From: Felis catus
Taxonomy: Eukaryota
Length of the DNA: 64,000 nucleotides
NCBI RefSeq assembly: GCF_018350175.1
Contig: NC_058373.1
Span: 142,662,001-142,726,000, forward strand
Reading direction: 5' to 3'
The notes beneath the pieces are model-generated. The model was given only the letters and a program-made list of their open reading frames with translations. It was not told the origin of the DNA and searched no databases. The position numbers were made by a program, and so were the translations under genes. The first letter of the stretch is position 1. Each line of letters opens with the position of its first letter. Of the stretch, positions 12,286 to 24,825 are shown in pieces.

Positions 12286-14789
12286 CACTGGCTGCTGCTG
12301 GCTTTCCCAACTTAGGTCACCACCCGGGGTTAGAGAGATGAACGGGGCGGGGTGGGGGGGCATGGACGTGTTTTGCCTCTGCCGGGGCGGGGGGGGGGGC
12401 GGGGGATGAGAGTTGCATTTGTCCTGTGGGCAGTGGGGCCTGAGGGAACAGACCCGAACAGACTACAGAAGGGGGAAGGCCCTGGGGGGTGCGGGGAGCA
12501 GGGTTGAGAGCAGAAGGTGGCCCAGGTTGGGCAGCAGCAGAGAAAGGGAGCGATGAGGTCGAATTCAGGATATGCCTCCAAGGCAGACCCGGCAGGACCC
12601 TGGCATTAACCAGGAGGATGTGACGGAAAGAGCCATAAAGGAGACTCCTGAGAACCTGCGTGGAATAACTCCCCCCCTCCGGGACCTGCTGCCCCCCTGG
12701 CCCACCCCTGCCCTAGGTGGTCCACACCCATGGGCCACCCCCCTCCCTCCCTGGCCTTCTTTCTCGGCCACACTCCCCAGGACCGCTGTCCGTCCATAGC
12801 ATGGACACAGGAAGCCCCAGGACGTGTCAGACGGCCAAGCGTGGATCCTCCCCTTGGGGGGCAGCTGCTCAGACTGATGGGTGCACTGGAGCCCCGGGGA
12901 GACTTGAGCTCAGGAAGGGAAGTCACAGACATGGTGGAGGCCAGGGGGCGAGCTCCCCGCACCCTCAGCGCTCGGGCCGCTGCCCGTGCCGCCCTCCGTA
13001 GGCTGCGTGACTTCGGGGGAGAGCGTCTGACACCCTGTGCCTCAGTTTCCCCCCCTGCACTCATCGTGGGGCTTGTGGGAACAGCGGGTTATCTTGCGGC
13101 TCTTACTCTCCGCACGCAGTGGCTCCGTCAGGGATCATCGTAACACACTTTTTCCAAGGCTGGGAGCCAGGTCGCCGTGCTGGGCACTTGGGCCAGGCAC
13201 GGGGCCAGCACCCGGTAAAGGCTGCCTGTGAGGTTCCCTGTTTCCTGCTCGCTGTGTGCCTTGAGGCAGGCAGCACCCCCCCTCTGAGACGAGGCTGCTC
13301 CGTGCGCACCGTGGGCGAGAGCCGCGGTCCCCGTCTCCCGGGGACTTCGGGAGGCCACCTTCCCACAGAAGGTGCTGGGCACGGGGCCCGGCGTCTCTTA
13401 AGTGCCCCATTAGGGCTCGCTGTGATAATTACAAAGCGGCAGGGCTGTGACTGGCACCCGGCCCGGGCGGGCTCACCCGCCGGGCAGCCGCCAGCCTAAG
13501 TTGAAAAACTTAGTCAAACTAGCGTATCACCTTCCCAGAGCCCCGTCCTCCCCGGCGCCGAAACACAAGCCAGAGATAACAGTCTCCCAAACGGATTTAC
13601 CGAAGTCAACCCATCACAAGCGCGGACACGTTCGGAGATGACAAGAGCCCGTGAGTTCCTAGTCTCCCGCCCGGCACGCGGGACTGCAAACAGTCGGCCG
13701 CGTCTCCCGGCCATCCGTCAGCCCGTGCGTCAGGCGGTGTCGCCTGGGCCCGGGGACTGTGGTCGCCATAGGGGTGGAGTCAAACGCATCCTTTCAAAAA
13801 TAGATCTGCTTGAAATTCATTAACCGGGACAACTCCGCCGTAAGAAGCAATCAATTCCTTGAACTCTATAACCATGCCTCTCCCACGGATCTCTTCCTCG
13901 GTGTCGGTCAAGCTCACAAAGACTGTCTGGGTCCCACGGAAGGAGGGGGACACGAGGACACAAGGGAAGAAGTCTAGTCTGGACGTTCCGCAGCCGGCTC
14001 GGACCCGACTGCTTCCCGATGCGTTTGTCTCCGGAGGGAGTCATTCGTCACGCCAGCCAGGGTCGGGGGCCTGCTCAGCCCCTGCTGGGCGCCGGGCTGG
14101 GCCAAGGGTGCGGGGGAACCGAGAGATGGTCTCGCCCAAGAGGAGCCCCAGCTGAGCGGGGGGTTGCGGGGACGGACGTCTGGGCTCGCTCTTGGTGATC
14201 TCATCCTGCACGTGGCCGTAAATCCCACTCACTAGCTGATGGGTCCTGAATTTATGTCGGCAGCCGGGGCCTCCCCACTGCACCCCCCCGGACCCCACCA
14301 TCCGGATGTCCCCAGATGCCCACTCCGCATCTCCACTGGGGTGTCTAATGGGGGTCCTAGATCCACCCTGTTCAGGCGCGGCCAGACCCATCTCGGGTTC
14401 TTCCGGCCCCTCGGGCCAGAGGCAGGGAGCCCTCTGGGATTCCTCTCTTTACCTCAATCCCACACCCAGCCCCATCCGGGGGCCTGGGAGACCTGCCTTC
14501 CAAGACCAGCCAGATTCTAGCCACATCTCTGGGCCTCCGTGGGTGCTGGGCTGGGCTGGGCTGGCCCAATCTGTGCTGGTAGCACCTGGCTGACTGTGGA
14601 AACTCTTACCTGCTTCTACCCAGGTCCCTCCCCCTAATCTCACTGGCTAGAGGAAGTCTATTCACACGCAAGTCACACGAGCCTCCCCTTTACCCAAACC
14701 ATGCCGAAGGCGCCTGGGTCCCCCCAGACCTTATGAAGCCCGCCAAAGTCCCTGTGCCCCCTGGTCTGGCCTCCTATGACTCTCCACCT

Positions 14790-15125
14790 CCCTCACTCCA
14801 CTGCAGCCACACTCCTGCCCCAGGGCCTTTGCACTTGCTAGCTTCCCGCTGAGAGCTCTTCCCCTGGATGGTCTATGGGGCTATACTTGGAAATAAGACT
14901 TCCCTCGTCACCTTATCTGGAAGTGTCCCTTTCCCTTGGCACTTTCCACTAATAACTGTTTGACTCATGCATCTTGCTTGACATCCATTGGTTCGGCCAG
15001 CAGAATGTAAGAGCCACCCGGCTGGAGGGGGGCGGTTTTCTGTGTGGTCACTGCTGAGTGCTCCGGGGCTCCCCGGGAACATGACAGGTCTCAGGAAGTG
15101 TGCAGTCAGTGAACGGGTGAGTGAA
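14790..15125 (+). mobile_element. L2 3' end fragment
   Basis: cagggcctttgcacttgct...agaatgtaag...gtcactgctgagt...tgaacgggtgagtgaa. Confidence 0.6.
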
Positions 15126-16404
15126 ACGTGTCTCTCTTCCAGAGGGTTGCCCCCAGCCCCTTCTTTAGGCTCTCCTCACAGGCTCCAGCACTCCGCTCCC
15201 TTTGGAAACTTCTGGTCGTGGCTTTTCTCCGGGCGGTGGGGGGGCGGGGGGTGGGGGTGGGCAAATCCTCTCCCAGCTGACTAGCCAGACGCTGGCCCCT
15301 GTCCGACCTGTCCCCACCTGCTGCCTCTGCCCTTCATAATGGACGGTGTGGACACTGGCTCAGTCAACCTCCCGCTCGCCATATCCTGGGCACATCAGCC
15401 CCTGCCCCTATGCTTCCCTTCTGGAACCTTCCATTCAACTCTTCCTTTCCAACCGCCTGTCCCCCTGGACACCCCCTGGGTGTCCCTGGGAAACCTCGCC
15501 TCATAATTAAAACCTCCCTCTCTCTCCCCTAGAATTTCAGGCCACTGCTCCTTCTGTGCCCTTGTCCGTCCAGCCTGAGAACCCCACCACGGGGCTGGGC
15601 GCTGAGCCTGTGGGGTCCACGAGGGCGGGGGCGGCTAAAGTAATGAGGTGTCCCTTATGCATGTGATGAACCCCACTGGGATGAGCAGAAGTACAATGCA
15701 GACTCAAGGCAGGTGCTGTGAGCCTGGAAGCTTCCAGGCCGTGTGCCCTGTGCTCACTGTTGATACAATTCAGTTCGATCCACTTAACAAACATTTACCC
15801 AGCACACGCCGCCAGCCGAGCACGGGGCCAGGCCCCACGGGAGGCACCCCTCTGCTGCTCCCTGACTCACCCTCCTCCCTGTCTCTCCTGCTCGCTCTTC
15901 TGCCCCTGTCAGCCTCTCCAGTTTCACAGCCTGCTGCCCTGTCTACCTACACACCACACTGCAGACGTCCCTGATGGGGTCTGATGGGCAGCTGACCTCC
16001 TCAGCATCCACTCTGCCGGTGGCCTCGCCGCCGTGACCCGTGGAAGGGGCACTTCCCGGGGAAAACGCTTGCTCGGGGCCCGGGGCTGGGCGGTGGGGGG
16101 GTGTCCCGGTGACCAGAACACGCGGGCCCCAGAGGGCGGCAGCAGCCGCGGGAATCCCGTAATCGGTGACTGCCTCCCACCCCATGCTGGGCTTTTGAAC
16201 GAGCACATCCAGGGCTCCTACCGGAGACGGAGACGAGGCCCGGAGTGAACACGTGACTGACGGCCGCAGGCCTGGAACGCAGGGTCAGGGCGGGGGCATC
16301 ATCTTGAACTTGGACTGCCTCTGGGAGCTCCTGGAGAGAGCCCAGCATTCACCTTTGCCCCCTCACCCCTGGAGCTAGCTCTGAGTCATAACAGTAATAA
16401 CGCC

Positions 16405-16537
16405 GAGGCGCCTGGAGGGCTTGGTCGGTTGAGCGTCCGACTTCGGCTCGGGTCATGATCTCGCGGTTCGTGAGTTCGAGCCCTGGTTGGACTCCGTGCT
16501 GACAGCTCAGAGCCCGGAGCCTGCTGCGGATTCTGTG

Positions 16538-16571
<34 letters not shown>

Positions 16572-16636
16572 CTCCTCCCCCGCTTGTGCTCTTTCTCTCT
16601 CTCTCAAAGACAAACATTAAAAATAAATTTAAAAAA
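16405..16636 (+). mobile_element. Can-SINE
   Basis: Head, B box, long (CT)n and A tail; inserted at the edge of a MIR. Confidence 0.92.
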
Positions 16637-16639
16637 GTA

Positions 16640-16850
16640 GTAACAATGCTAATCAACCCCGATCTGCACGCCAGGCACCCACGCAGGCATGTGGGCAAGG
16701 GTGTGCACTCCAAAACCTCCCCAGAGCCCTCTGAGGAAGGCGCTGGTATGATCCCCATTTCACAGACGGGGAAATGAAGACAGAGAGGTTTAGCATCCTG
16801 GCAAGGCCACACCGCCAGTGAGTGGCAGAGGGGGACTCAAACTCTGACAG
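16640..16850 (-). mobile_element. MIR fragment
   Basis: atccccatttcacagacggggaaatgaagacagagaggtt...aaggccacac...gtggcagag. Confidence 0.65.
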
Positions 16851-18779
16851 AAGGCGACCCGCAGATGCTTGTGGTGCTCAGTGAACAAACGTGCGCTGAA
16901 ATTGCCCCCGTGGCTCTCCGACCAGGGGGGCGGGGGTGGGTGGCAGGAGTCGAGCCCCGGGCCGGCTTCTTCCCAGCTCACCCCTTGGCCTGCCGACGGC
17001 GGGGGGGGGGGGGGGGCGGGGAATGGGTTCATAGCTACCTGTGTTCATTCATATGTTCCCCTGCTCATTCGTTGATCAAACACAAACCAAATACCCAAGC
17101 GCTGGGGATTCAGGGACAATTTAGACACTGGCCTGCAGCCCGCCCCCAGTGTTGATGTGGCCACCCAGCCGGAAGAAAGACATCTAGAGGCCGTACCGCG
17201 AGCAGCAGGTGGCGAGAACCTCTCCTGTGCCACCGCCCCACCCCGCCCCTGCAGCGAGGAGGATGGGAGTGGACTAAGCTGGCCGCAGCAAACCCCGTAC
17301 ATCTTTGGTTCCGTCTGGGAGACGGGCTGGGGGGCGGGGTGCAGACACCCCGAGGCCCAGACTCACCCGCCTCCGACTTTGTTTTCCCTCGTCTCATCTT
17401 TCTTGGCCACCTCTCATTTATCTGGCCGCTCTGGTGTCACCTCCTAAGCCCTCCTAAAGCCTCTGCAGAATGAAGTGGGGATAAATAACCTAACTGTCAT
17501 CAGCCTCAGCGTGGCGGGACCGCCGCTCTGCCCGCCACCCGAGGCACATGGGCCAGAAGGTGACCAGGAAAACTTTGGGACCTTAATGGGTCTGAGACCT
17601 GATCTTTTTATCCCGGCCCTGGGGGCTGAAACCGTGTCCCCATCCACACCTCCCTCTTCTGTCCCCCAGAGTTCTCCTAACCAAACGCAAAAAAAAAAAA
17701 TTGTGTGTAACGGGGAAGCAGGTCCCTCTTAAATTGCTGAACGAGTGCTCAGCCTTGAAAACGTGGCCTGCACGTCCGCTGGCCGTGAGCGGCTCTTTGT
17801 CGCTCAGAGGAAAAGTGAATGTGTCCACCTTATCCACGTTTTTGTCCCCTGTACCACGGCCTTTCCCTCACATTCTTTCTGAATAAAAATAGCCACCCGA
17901 CCCTGAGCTAGAAAGCCAGGGGGGCCCTGCGAAGCACCCCCCCCCTCCCCCCCCCTCCCCCCCCCCCCCCAGTTTCCATCTGGAGGGCAGAGCAGCTCTG
18001 GAGACTACTTCCCATTTCTTTCTGGGTTTTTCTACAAGTGGAGGATTGTAAACCCCGGCCGTGCACACGGCTGATCACCTGCCCACCCTTCCCAACAGGG
18101 ACTGCAATAAGGATGCGAGGCAGCAAGGCCAGGATGAGGGGCCCATCTTTTGACGGTTCGATACCGTCTACGCTCACGCTGTTGAAAATCCCAGCCCCGG
18201 TCCTTTTCCCGCCGAGATCCGGCGTGTTGACGTGTCTTCGTAAACACAGCCCGAAAGCCACCTCCCAAAGACCAGACGGAAGGGCCTAGATCCCCAGCAT
18301 GCCTAAGCAGGCCAGGCGCGACCTCGCTCAGGTTCTTTGCGTCGGGCAGAAGGGATGCTTGCCCGACACAAAGCACCTGAGCGGGGCCGCGCCTGGACTG
18401 CTGAGTTGAGTCGGTGAAATTAACAGAGGGCACGTTTTTCAGCGCGGCCACCTCTCAGCGACACGTGGCGCAGCATCTGAGCTTCAGGGCTGGCCGGCGA
18501 GTTGCGTGTCGTCAAGACGGTGGAAACGCCTTGAAGGCAGCATCTTTGACCTGTCTTGTGATGATGCTCACAGCGGCACCGGGGGGCTCGTCACTCTCTC
18601 TGTTCTTAGCAAAAGCCTCCTGTCCTGCTTCTTCCAGACGCGCATGACCGGCTTGCAGATGTCGCTGCCGGGGGCGGCTTTCCTGCAGCGTCTTGTTGGA
18701 GAAACCACCCAGGTTTTACCAAGTGCCGGGTTCACCTCTCAAGGATGAAATCTGTTTTTGATTTTACTTGTTTAAGAGA

Positions 18780-18879
18780 TTTTTTTTTTTAAGTAATTTC
18801 TACACCCAACATGAGGCTCAAACTCACAAGCCCGAGATCAAGAGTCACATGCTCTACCAACGGAGCCAGAGGGGCGCCC
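18780..18879 (-). mobile_element. Older short Can-SINE subfamily
   Basis: aagtaatttctacacccaac...gagatcaagagtcacatgctctacc...ggggcgccc. Confidence 0.8.
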
Positions 18880-18911
18880 GGGAGATTTTATTTTTATTCA
18901 TTTAAAAAAAA

Positions 18912-19101
18912 ATTTTGTTAATGTTTATTTATTTTTGAGGGAGGGGGAAGGGCAGAGAGAGGGAGACACAGAATCGGAAGCAGGCTCCAGGCTCCGAGCT
19001 GTCAGCACAGAGCCCGACGCGGGGCTCGAACTCACGAGCCGTGAGATCATGACCCGAGCCCAAGTCGGACGCTCAACCGACTGAGCCCCCCAGGCGCCCC
19101 C
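18912..19101 (-). mobile_element. Can-SINE
   Basis: Reverse-complement SINEC_Fc-type body ending caggcgcccc. Confidence 0.9.
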
Positions 19102-19320
19102 GTACCCTCTTTAAAGGAGCGGTTCGGTGGCACCAGGAATGTTCACCGTGTCGCACAGAACCTCCTGTTCCTAGTTCCTAAACACTTTTCTCACGACCGA
19201 CCGAGCCTCCCTCCCCATTAGGCAGTCCCTCCCCACCCCCTCCTCCCCAGCCCCTAACAACCAACCACTCGTCTACTTGCTGTCTCTACGGATTTGCCTC
19301 TTCTGGACACTTCATCCAAC
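19102..19320 (-). mobile_element. L1M 3' end fragment
   Basis: ccccagcccctaacaacc...tctacttgctgtctctacggatttgcctcttctggacacttcat. Confidence 0.65.
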
Positions 19321-20614
19321 TGGGTTTTTTCCACCTTCTGGCTGCTGTGAGCGCACGTGTACATGTGTAAGTTTGGGGGCGGCTTATCGTCCCAATGCAC
19401 AGATGAGAAAACTGAGGCCCCAGGCTTCAGTGACTTACCCTACCTGCCTGACGCTGCAGAGTGATGGCATTGGGGTCACCGTGGAGAGGGGCTCACGGCC
19501 ACACGAGTGACTCTTCTCAAAACATGCCTCATATTTTCCCTGCTTTCAACTGTTCTTCCCATATTCCCTGTTTTCCACCCCTGACCCTTCTTCTCAGTCG
19601 AAGCACCGTTGCAGATTTAGTGAACTTTTAAAAGCGAACAAGGATGTTCCCAGAATCTCCAAATCCCTTCTGGCCAGTGCCCTGTGTCATGCACGTGTCT
19701 CGCTGATGGGGTGGGGGGGCGAAGGCTTGACCCTCAGACAGGAATGGGTGCGACTGGGGAGACTGGGCAGGGTGGGAGGCATGGTCACAGGGTGCACACG
19801 GGGGCTTGGGGGCGTGGCCGTGCCCATTGCCCATCCCAGCTGGAGGCCAGGGAGTCCACAGTTCATTCTGGGGGGGGGGCACTGCAGGCTGCTTGCTGGG
19901 TGAGCAAAGCCCCTGCCGGGAGGTGGGAGGGCCGTCCCCTGAGTAAGAAAGGCCAGCAAAGGGGGCAGGCACTGGCCGTGAAATGATAAGTTGGGCTCCT
20001 TGTGCTCTGGGCAGATGGGCTTTCAATGATTATCCCCATTTCCTACTCTGGGAGAATGAGGCCCAGATTATGCAGCAGCTCAGTGGCAGAGCTGGGATGG
20101 GGGCAGCTGGGCCCCCACGAAGGGGTCCTGGGGGGAACCCTAAATCTAAAAGACACTGGATTCCAAATGACAAACTTGTTTGGCAGAAGCCACGTGAGCT
20201 GTGCGGGCCCAGGCACATGACGGGCCGCCTGGCTCCTCGAGGAGCCGGCCGGCTGGCCAGAGCTGGGGCGCTGGGCGTCATCTGACGAGGAAGGCCGGGC
20301 GCCCCCATCCCACAGAAGTGCCGGGTTGTCCAACCTTTCCGTCGCTGACATGCGTGACAGGTGTCGTGGAAAAGCCAGACGACATCGCTTTCGCTGTGCT
20401 CGTGACTCAGCCCCTTGGAAGGGCACATTTTCACAACCTCCCTCCCGACGAGTCCCGGCGTGAGCGACGTTCCGGAAGGTTTGTCCGTCCGCCGGGTCCT
20501 GCCCACCGTCTGGCCGGCATCCACGGCTGCCTCTCTTCCCCGGGGGCTGCGGAAGTTTGGAGAAGCTAGGATCGGGCAGAGGGCCTTTCCTGTCTCGGCC
20601 GGCACACTTTGTTC

Positions 20615-20770
20615 TCTTACCAGCCTATTGAGGTTGAATTTATATATATAACAATCACCCATCTTTAATGTGTAATTCAACCGTGTTTAGTAAATTTGCA
20701 GATTTGTGCCAACCTTCACCACAATCTAATTTTAGAGCGTTTCCCCCGCTGAAAAGCAACCTGGTGCCCT
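20615..20770 (-). mobile_element. L1M 3' terminal fragment
   Basis: tattgaggt...caatcacccatctttaatgtgtaattcaa...tagtaaattt...caccacaatctaattttagagc. Confidence 0.65.
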
Positions 20771-20984
20771 CCTAATCTGTTTTTTGTATCTTCGCTGCTG
20801 GGGGCCCCTCTCCCCACTCTGTGAATAATGACGGGCCCTCGCGGAGCACTTCGTCCCCCACCGGGTTCTGAGGGATTTCCAAGGACACGTTCACGGAGCT
20901 GTCACGGCAGCCGGTCGGGTCAGGCCTTGTTCTCATTCCCTACTGACAGCCATGGGAGCGGAGGTCAAGCACTGCAGAGTCACC

Positions 20985-21955
20985 TGCCGTCGCGGGGTCA
21001 ATGGTGGCTCCCCGAAAGGTGTGTCCCCGACCTGTGACCGTGACCTTATTTGGGAAAAGGGTCTTTGCAGACGTAATTAACTTAAGGATACTGAGATGAG
21101 ATCATCCTGGAGCTTTGGGGGGCAGGGACCCCAAATCCAACGGCAAGGGTGGCAATAAAGGCAGGCCAGCCAAATGAGCAAAGGCTATTTATCCAGAGCT
21201 TGCTGGAATGAGGGGGATGGGGAGGTCAGCCACCACGGCCAGGTCTGACGGCGCCCGACGGCTGGGCCGGGTGGGTGGGCTCAGGCGGGTCCCTACGGAG
21301 CTGCGGCGTGGGGAAGGTGGAGACAGCTCACGGGGAGTGGGGCGTCCTATGTGATTTGTCAGGGGGCAGATGTGGCTTTCTCTGGTCGGTTCCAAATTGG
21401 AGGTGGACACAAATTAGGGCAGCTGTGAGCTCCTGATCAAGTCCTGGCCTCTTGGAACTGAAGGCCGCAGAAGTCACTGTTTAGCTGCCTGGATTGTCAC
21501 CAGGGGTGGCCTTCCGGCTGCCTGCACTCCCTGTAGCCTGGCTTTCCCGGGCCCGTTACTGTCGATCAAGGGTTGGTCTCCCGGGCAGGTTGCTGCGGGC
21601 CGTGGGGCGGAGGTCTGTTTCTTTACCTGGTCTGGCCACGGTCCCTTTGTAGATTGGGTCTCTCACAGGTGTCCTCATAAGGGACCCATAGAGGTGTCCC
21701 TCATAAGGCAAGCGGCCACGTGCGGAGGGAGGCACTGACGGAGGCAAGCAGCCCCAGGCCGAGGATGCTGGGAGGCACCGGAAGTTGGGAGAGGCAGGAA
21801 GGGTCCTCCCCTACGGCCTTCGGATAGAGCACGGCCCCACGGACGCTTTGATGTTTGACTTCCGGCCTCCAGAACTGTGAGAGGATAAACCTCTGCCCTT
21901 TTCAGCCATCAGATCTGTGATGATTTGCTTCGGCGGTCACAGAAGTGAATGCACT
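20985..21955 (+). mobile_element. MLT1 (ERVL-MaLR) solo LTR, split by a second LTR
   Basis: 5' part gtgaccttatttgggaaaagggtctttgcagacgtaattaa...ccaaatccaa. 3' part gtgtcctcataag...gacttccggcctccagaactgtgagaggataaa. Confidence 0.8.
21150..21665 (-). mobile_element. MER90/MER110-like ERV1 solo LTR
   Basis: Minus strand begins TGAGAGACCCAATCTACAAAGGGACCGTGGCCAGACC...GCAGCAACCTGCCCGGGAGACCAACCC, similar to the MER90/110 5' end as recalled. Confidence 0.6.
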
Positions 21956-22112
21956 TGCCCAGCGTTACACGGCAGGAACTCGGAGGCACTGGGATCGTCG
22001 AGGGGGGCGTCTTGACCCTCCTGCCACGGTGGAGGCGGGCAGGTGGGGGTGGGAAAAGCAGGAAGGACTCAGAGAGAGATGGGCAACAGGGTTCTGTGCA
22101 GGTTTGAGGCCT

Positions 22113-22159
22113 CATCCGTCCATCCGTCCATCTGTCCATCCGTCCATCCGTCCATCCGT
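22113..22159. repeat. (CATCCGTC)n octamer tandem repeat, ~6 copies
   Basis: catccgtc catccgtc catctgtc catccgtc catccgtc catccgt. Confidence 0.9.
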
Positions 22160-23807
22160 TACTTGCTCAGGCCCCAAGGTGGGTCAAAGGCCTGAGTGTC
22201 GCCTCAGACCAAGATTGTCCTTCAGGCTCATTCTCGGCCCCGTCAGAGCCCCTCAACCCACCCCCTGAGGTTTTCGCGTTCAGTCTGTGCACCTGCAAAA
22301 CCCCCGTCCAGACTGTCTGCCCTGAAACTCCAGGACTCCAGACTTTCCTGTGTACTAATACCTTAAGAATTGAGGTGAAATCCGGGTGTCACCCCAGGGT
22401 CACTGTTGACGGTCTTGCCGTGTTCTTCCCCATCTCTGTTCCGGAATGGCCTTAAGTGGCTTATGGAGGGACATCCAAAGAGCAAATTTGCTTAGGAGGA
22501 GGCTGGGACTTGGGGAATCAGGGCGGAGGGAAGGGAGGAGACACACGGAGGCCAGTGTGGGAAGGCCCGTGAGGACCCCCAGGGGCAGGCGCTAAGCTTC
22601 CTAGCAGCCAAAGGGAGGAGGGGTCGCGGGCAGTGCGAAGTACAAGTGAGTGAGGGCTGGGCTTCGTCTTGGAGCAGTCTTCAAGTCAGACAACGGCACG
22701 TAGTCACAGTTCGGCCCTGGACAAAACCTGAGGCTGACCCCGTCTCTCTCTTCTGGGCTGGCCACATCTTGTCCAGGGGTTGGTGGGGGGGGGTGGTTGG
22801 TCTGGTTTTGTTTGTCATTGTCGTTTCCTTTGGGGAAGCTCTGCCTGCTCATCAGGGTGCCCCATCCCACCTGCAGGGGTAAAGATGTGACATAAGAGGG
22901 CCATCGGAGTCCGGGCTGGGAACTGCTATGACTGGGGGTGAGAGAGGAACTTTCATGCACCGGGCGATCATGAGCCACGGTGACCACCTGAGGAGGAGGG
23001 GGCTGACCCCTCCCCCATCCTCCAGGACACCCAGAGGTGGCCATTTGCACAAGAAGGAAGAAGGCCAGGGCCCCAGGGCGGGCGGAGTTGAGCAGAAAGG
23101 AAAGGCAGGTAGGTAAAGAGAGATCCCCACCTGACGGCCCTCCTGCTCCTGGACCCAGCCGTGCCTGATATCCTGCCATCTTCTCCCAGATGCCTCAGTT
23201 ACGTGGGTCAACAAAGTCCTCGCAGAGTGCTTTGCAAAGTTGCTGTTGTGAGGGAAGACGTGGGCTCACACCAGTGTCTGCTAAGGGAAGGATGGGGTGG
23301 GGAAGGAGAATTCTTTCGTGACTGGTAATTCCTGTTTCTCTCATCTGTGGCTTTGATGGCCCTGGGGCTGTGGTAGGGCCCAGCTGTGCTCCCTGACCTT
23401 GGGATCCAGTGTCCCTTGATGACCTCACCCCACGGACAACAGGGCTCACACTGGAGGTCTTATTTAGGCCATCATTACTGCTGACTGCTGGTGGTGGGCC
23501 AGACCCTGTGTAGGTGCGTTTTGGGGATGTGTCTGTACTAAGGATCAGGAGGGACGGGTACTGATCCGTGGAGGCCACAGAATACTGGGCAAGGGGCAGC
23601 AGAAGCCCCCACAGGAACGCAGAGCGCCCCACCCACCCCATGAGCGGTCATTGAGGTTAGCTGGTATAACAATGAGATTATGTGGGTTCTTTTCCCCTTA
23701 GAAAATATTTTGTTTGTTTAGCGGGCCACAAAGGAAGAGATCAGCAAGATGTGTTTCAAGCATCAATGTTTTGTTTTTAGCTCTCCTTGGTCTCCTTGGT
23801 CCCACAA

Positions 23808-24018
23808 CAGGGCTTCTCAACCTTGGTTCTGTTGAGGTTTGGGGCTGGATCGTTCTTTGTCACAGGGGCCGCGCTGGGCCTCAGTGCGGGCGTCAGCGGC
23901 GTCCCTGGCCTCACCCACCGGACGGTGTCACCACTTCCGGTCGTGACAACCATAAGCGTCTCCAGGCATTGCCCAGTGTCCCTGGAGGGAACAACGTCCC
24001 TTGGGTTGAGCACCCCCG
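23808..24018 (-). mobile_element. MER20 (hAT-Charlie), near full length
   Basis: TIR-like ends cagggcttctcaacc...ggttgagcacccccg. Internal gtgacaacc...gtctccaggcattgcc. Confidence 0.8.
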
Positions 24019-24099
24019 CCCCAGGGACTTCTGCAGCCATGGTCCAGACATAGGAAGACACAGCAGGAAAGAGGGAGGAAAGAAGTTGACATTTTTTGG

Positions 24100-24590
24100 T
24101 GATTCTTTCATTGCAGTAAAATATAATATAAAACGCACGGTCTTAATCCTTAAAAAGAGTTCTGAAGCATCGCCATCATTTCCGGAACGGCCCACCCCCG
24201 GCACCCCCCGTCCTAGTCTCTGTGACTCTGACTACCCCAGGCACCTCCTCCAAGCGGGATCATGCACGTGTGTCCTTCTGTGACGGGAGTACTTCGCTCT
24301 GTAACGTCCTCGAGGTCCATCCACGTGGCGGCGGGCGTCAGCGCCTCCCCCCTTTGTACGGCTGGATAATATTCCGCTGCGTGACCGGACTGCGTGTCGT
24401 CCCCTCCATGCACGGGTGGACACGCTGGGCTGCCTCTGCCTCCAGGCTAGTGTGAATAAAGCCGCTGCAACGCGGGTGTGCAAGGATCTATCTTAAGTCC
24501 CTGCTTTCAGTTCCTTGGGGTGTACACCCAGAAGTGGGATTGCTGGAACTTACGGTGTTTTAACTTTCTGAGGAACTGTTGTACTGTTTA
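24100..24590 (-). mobile_element. L1MB-like 3' fragment
   Basis: tgtccttctgtgac...cctcgaggtccatccacgt...ggctagtgtgaataaagccgct...acacccagaagtgggattgctgga...taactttctgaggaact. Confidence 0.8.
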
Positions 24591-24603
24591 GAAGAAAATT
24601 CTT

Positions 24604-24825
24604 TTTTTTTTTTTTTTGAATAAATGTTTATGTATTTTTGAGAGAGAGAGAGAGAGAGCGTGAGCAGGGGAGGGGCAGAGAGAGAGGGAGACACAGAATC
24701 CAAAGCAGGTTCCAGGCTCCGAGCCGTCAGCACAGAGCCCGACACGGGGCTCGAACCCACAGACCGCGAGATCATGACCTGAGCCGAGGTCAGACGCTTA
24801 ACCGACAGAGCCGCCCGGGTGCCCC
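24604..24825 (-). mobile_element. Can-SINE
   Basis: Imperfect TSD tagaagaaaattctt/tagaagcaaatcctt. Confidence 0.92.

Noticed and set aside
17937-17970. Long poly-C/poly-G runs (many across the window)
   Set aside because: Simple homopolymers with uncertain assembled length; no evidence of function.
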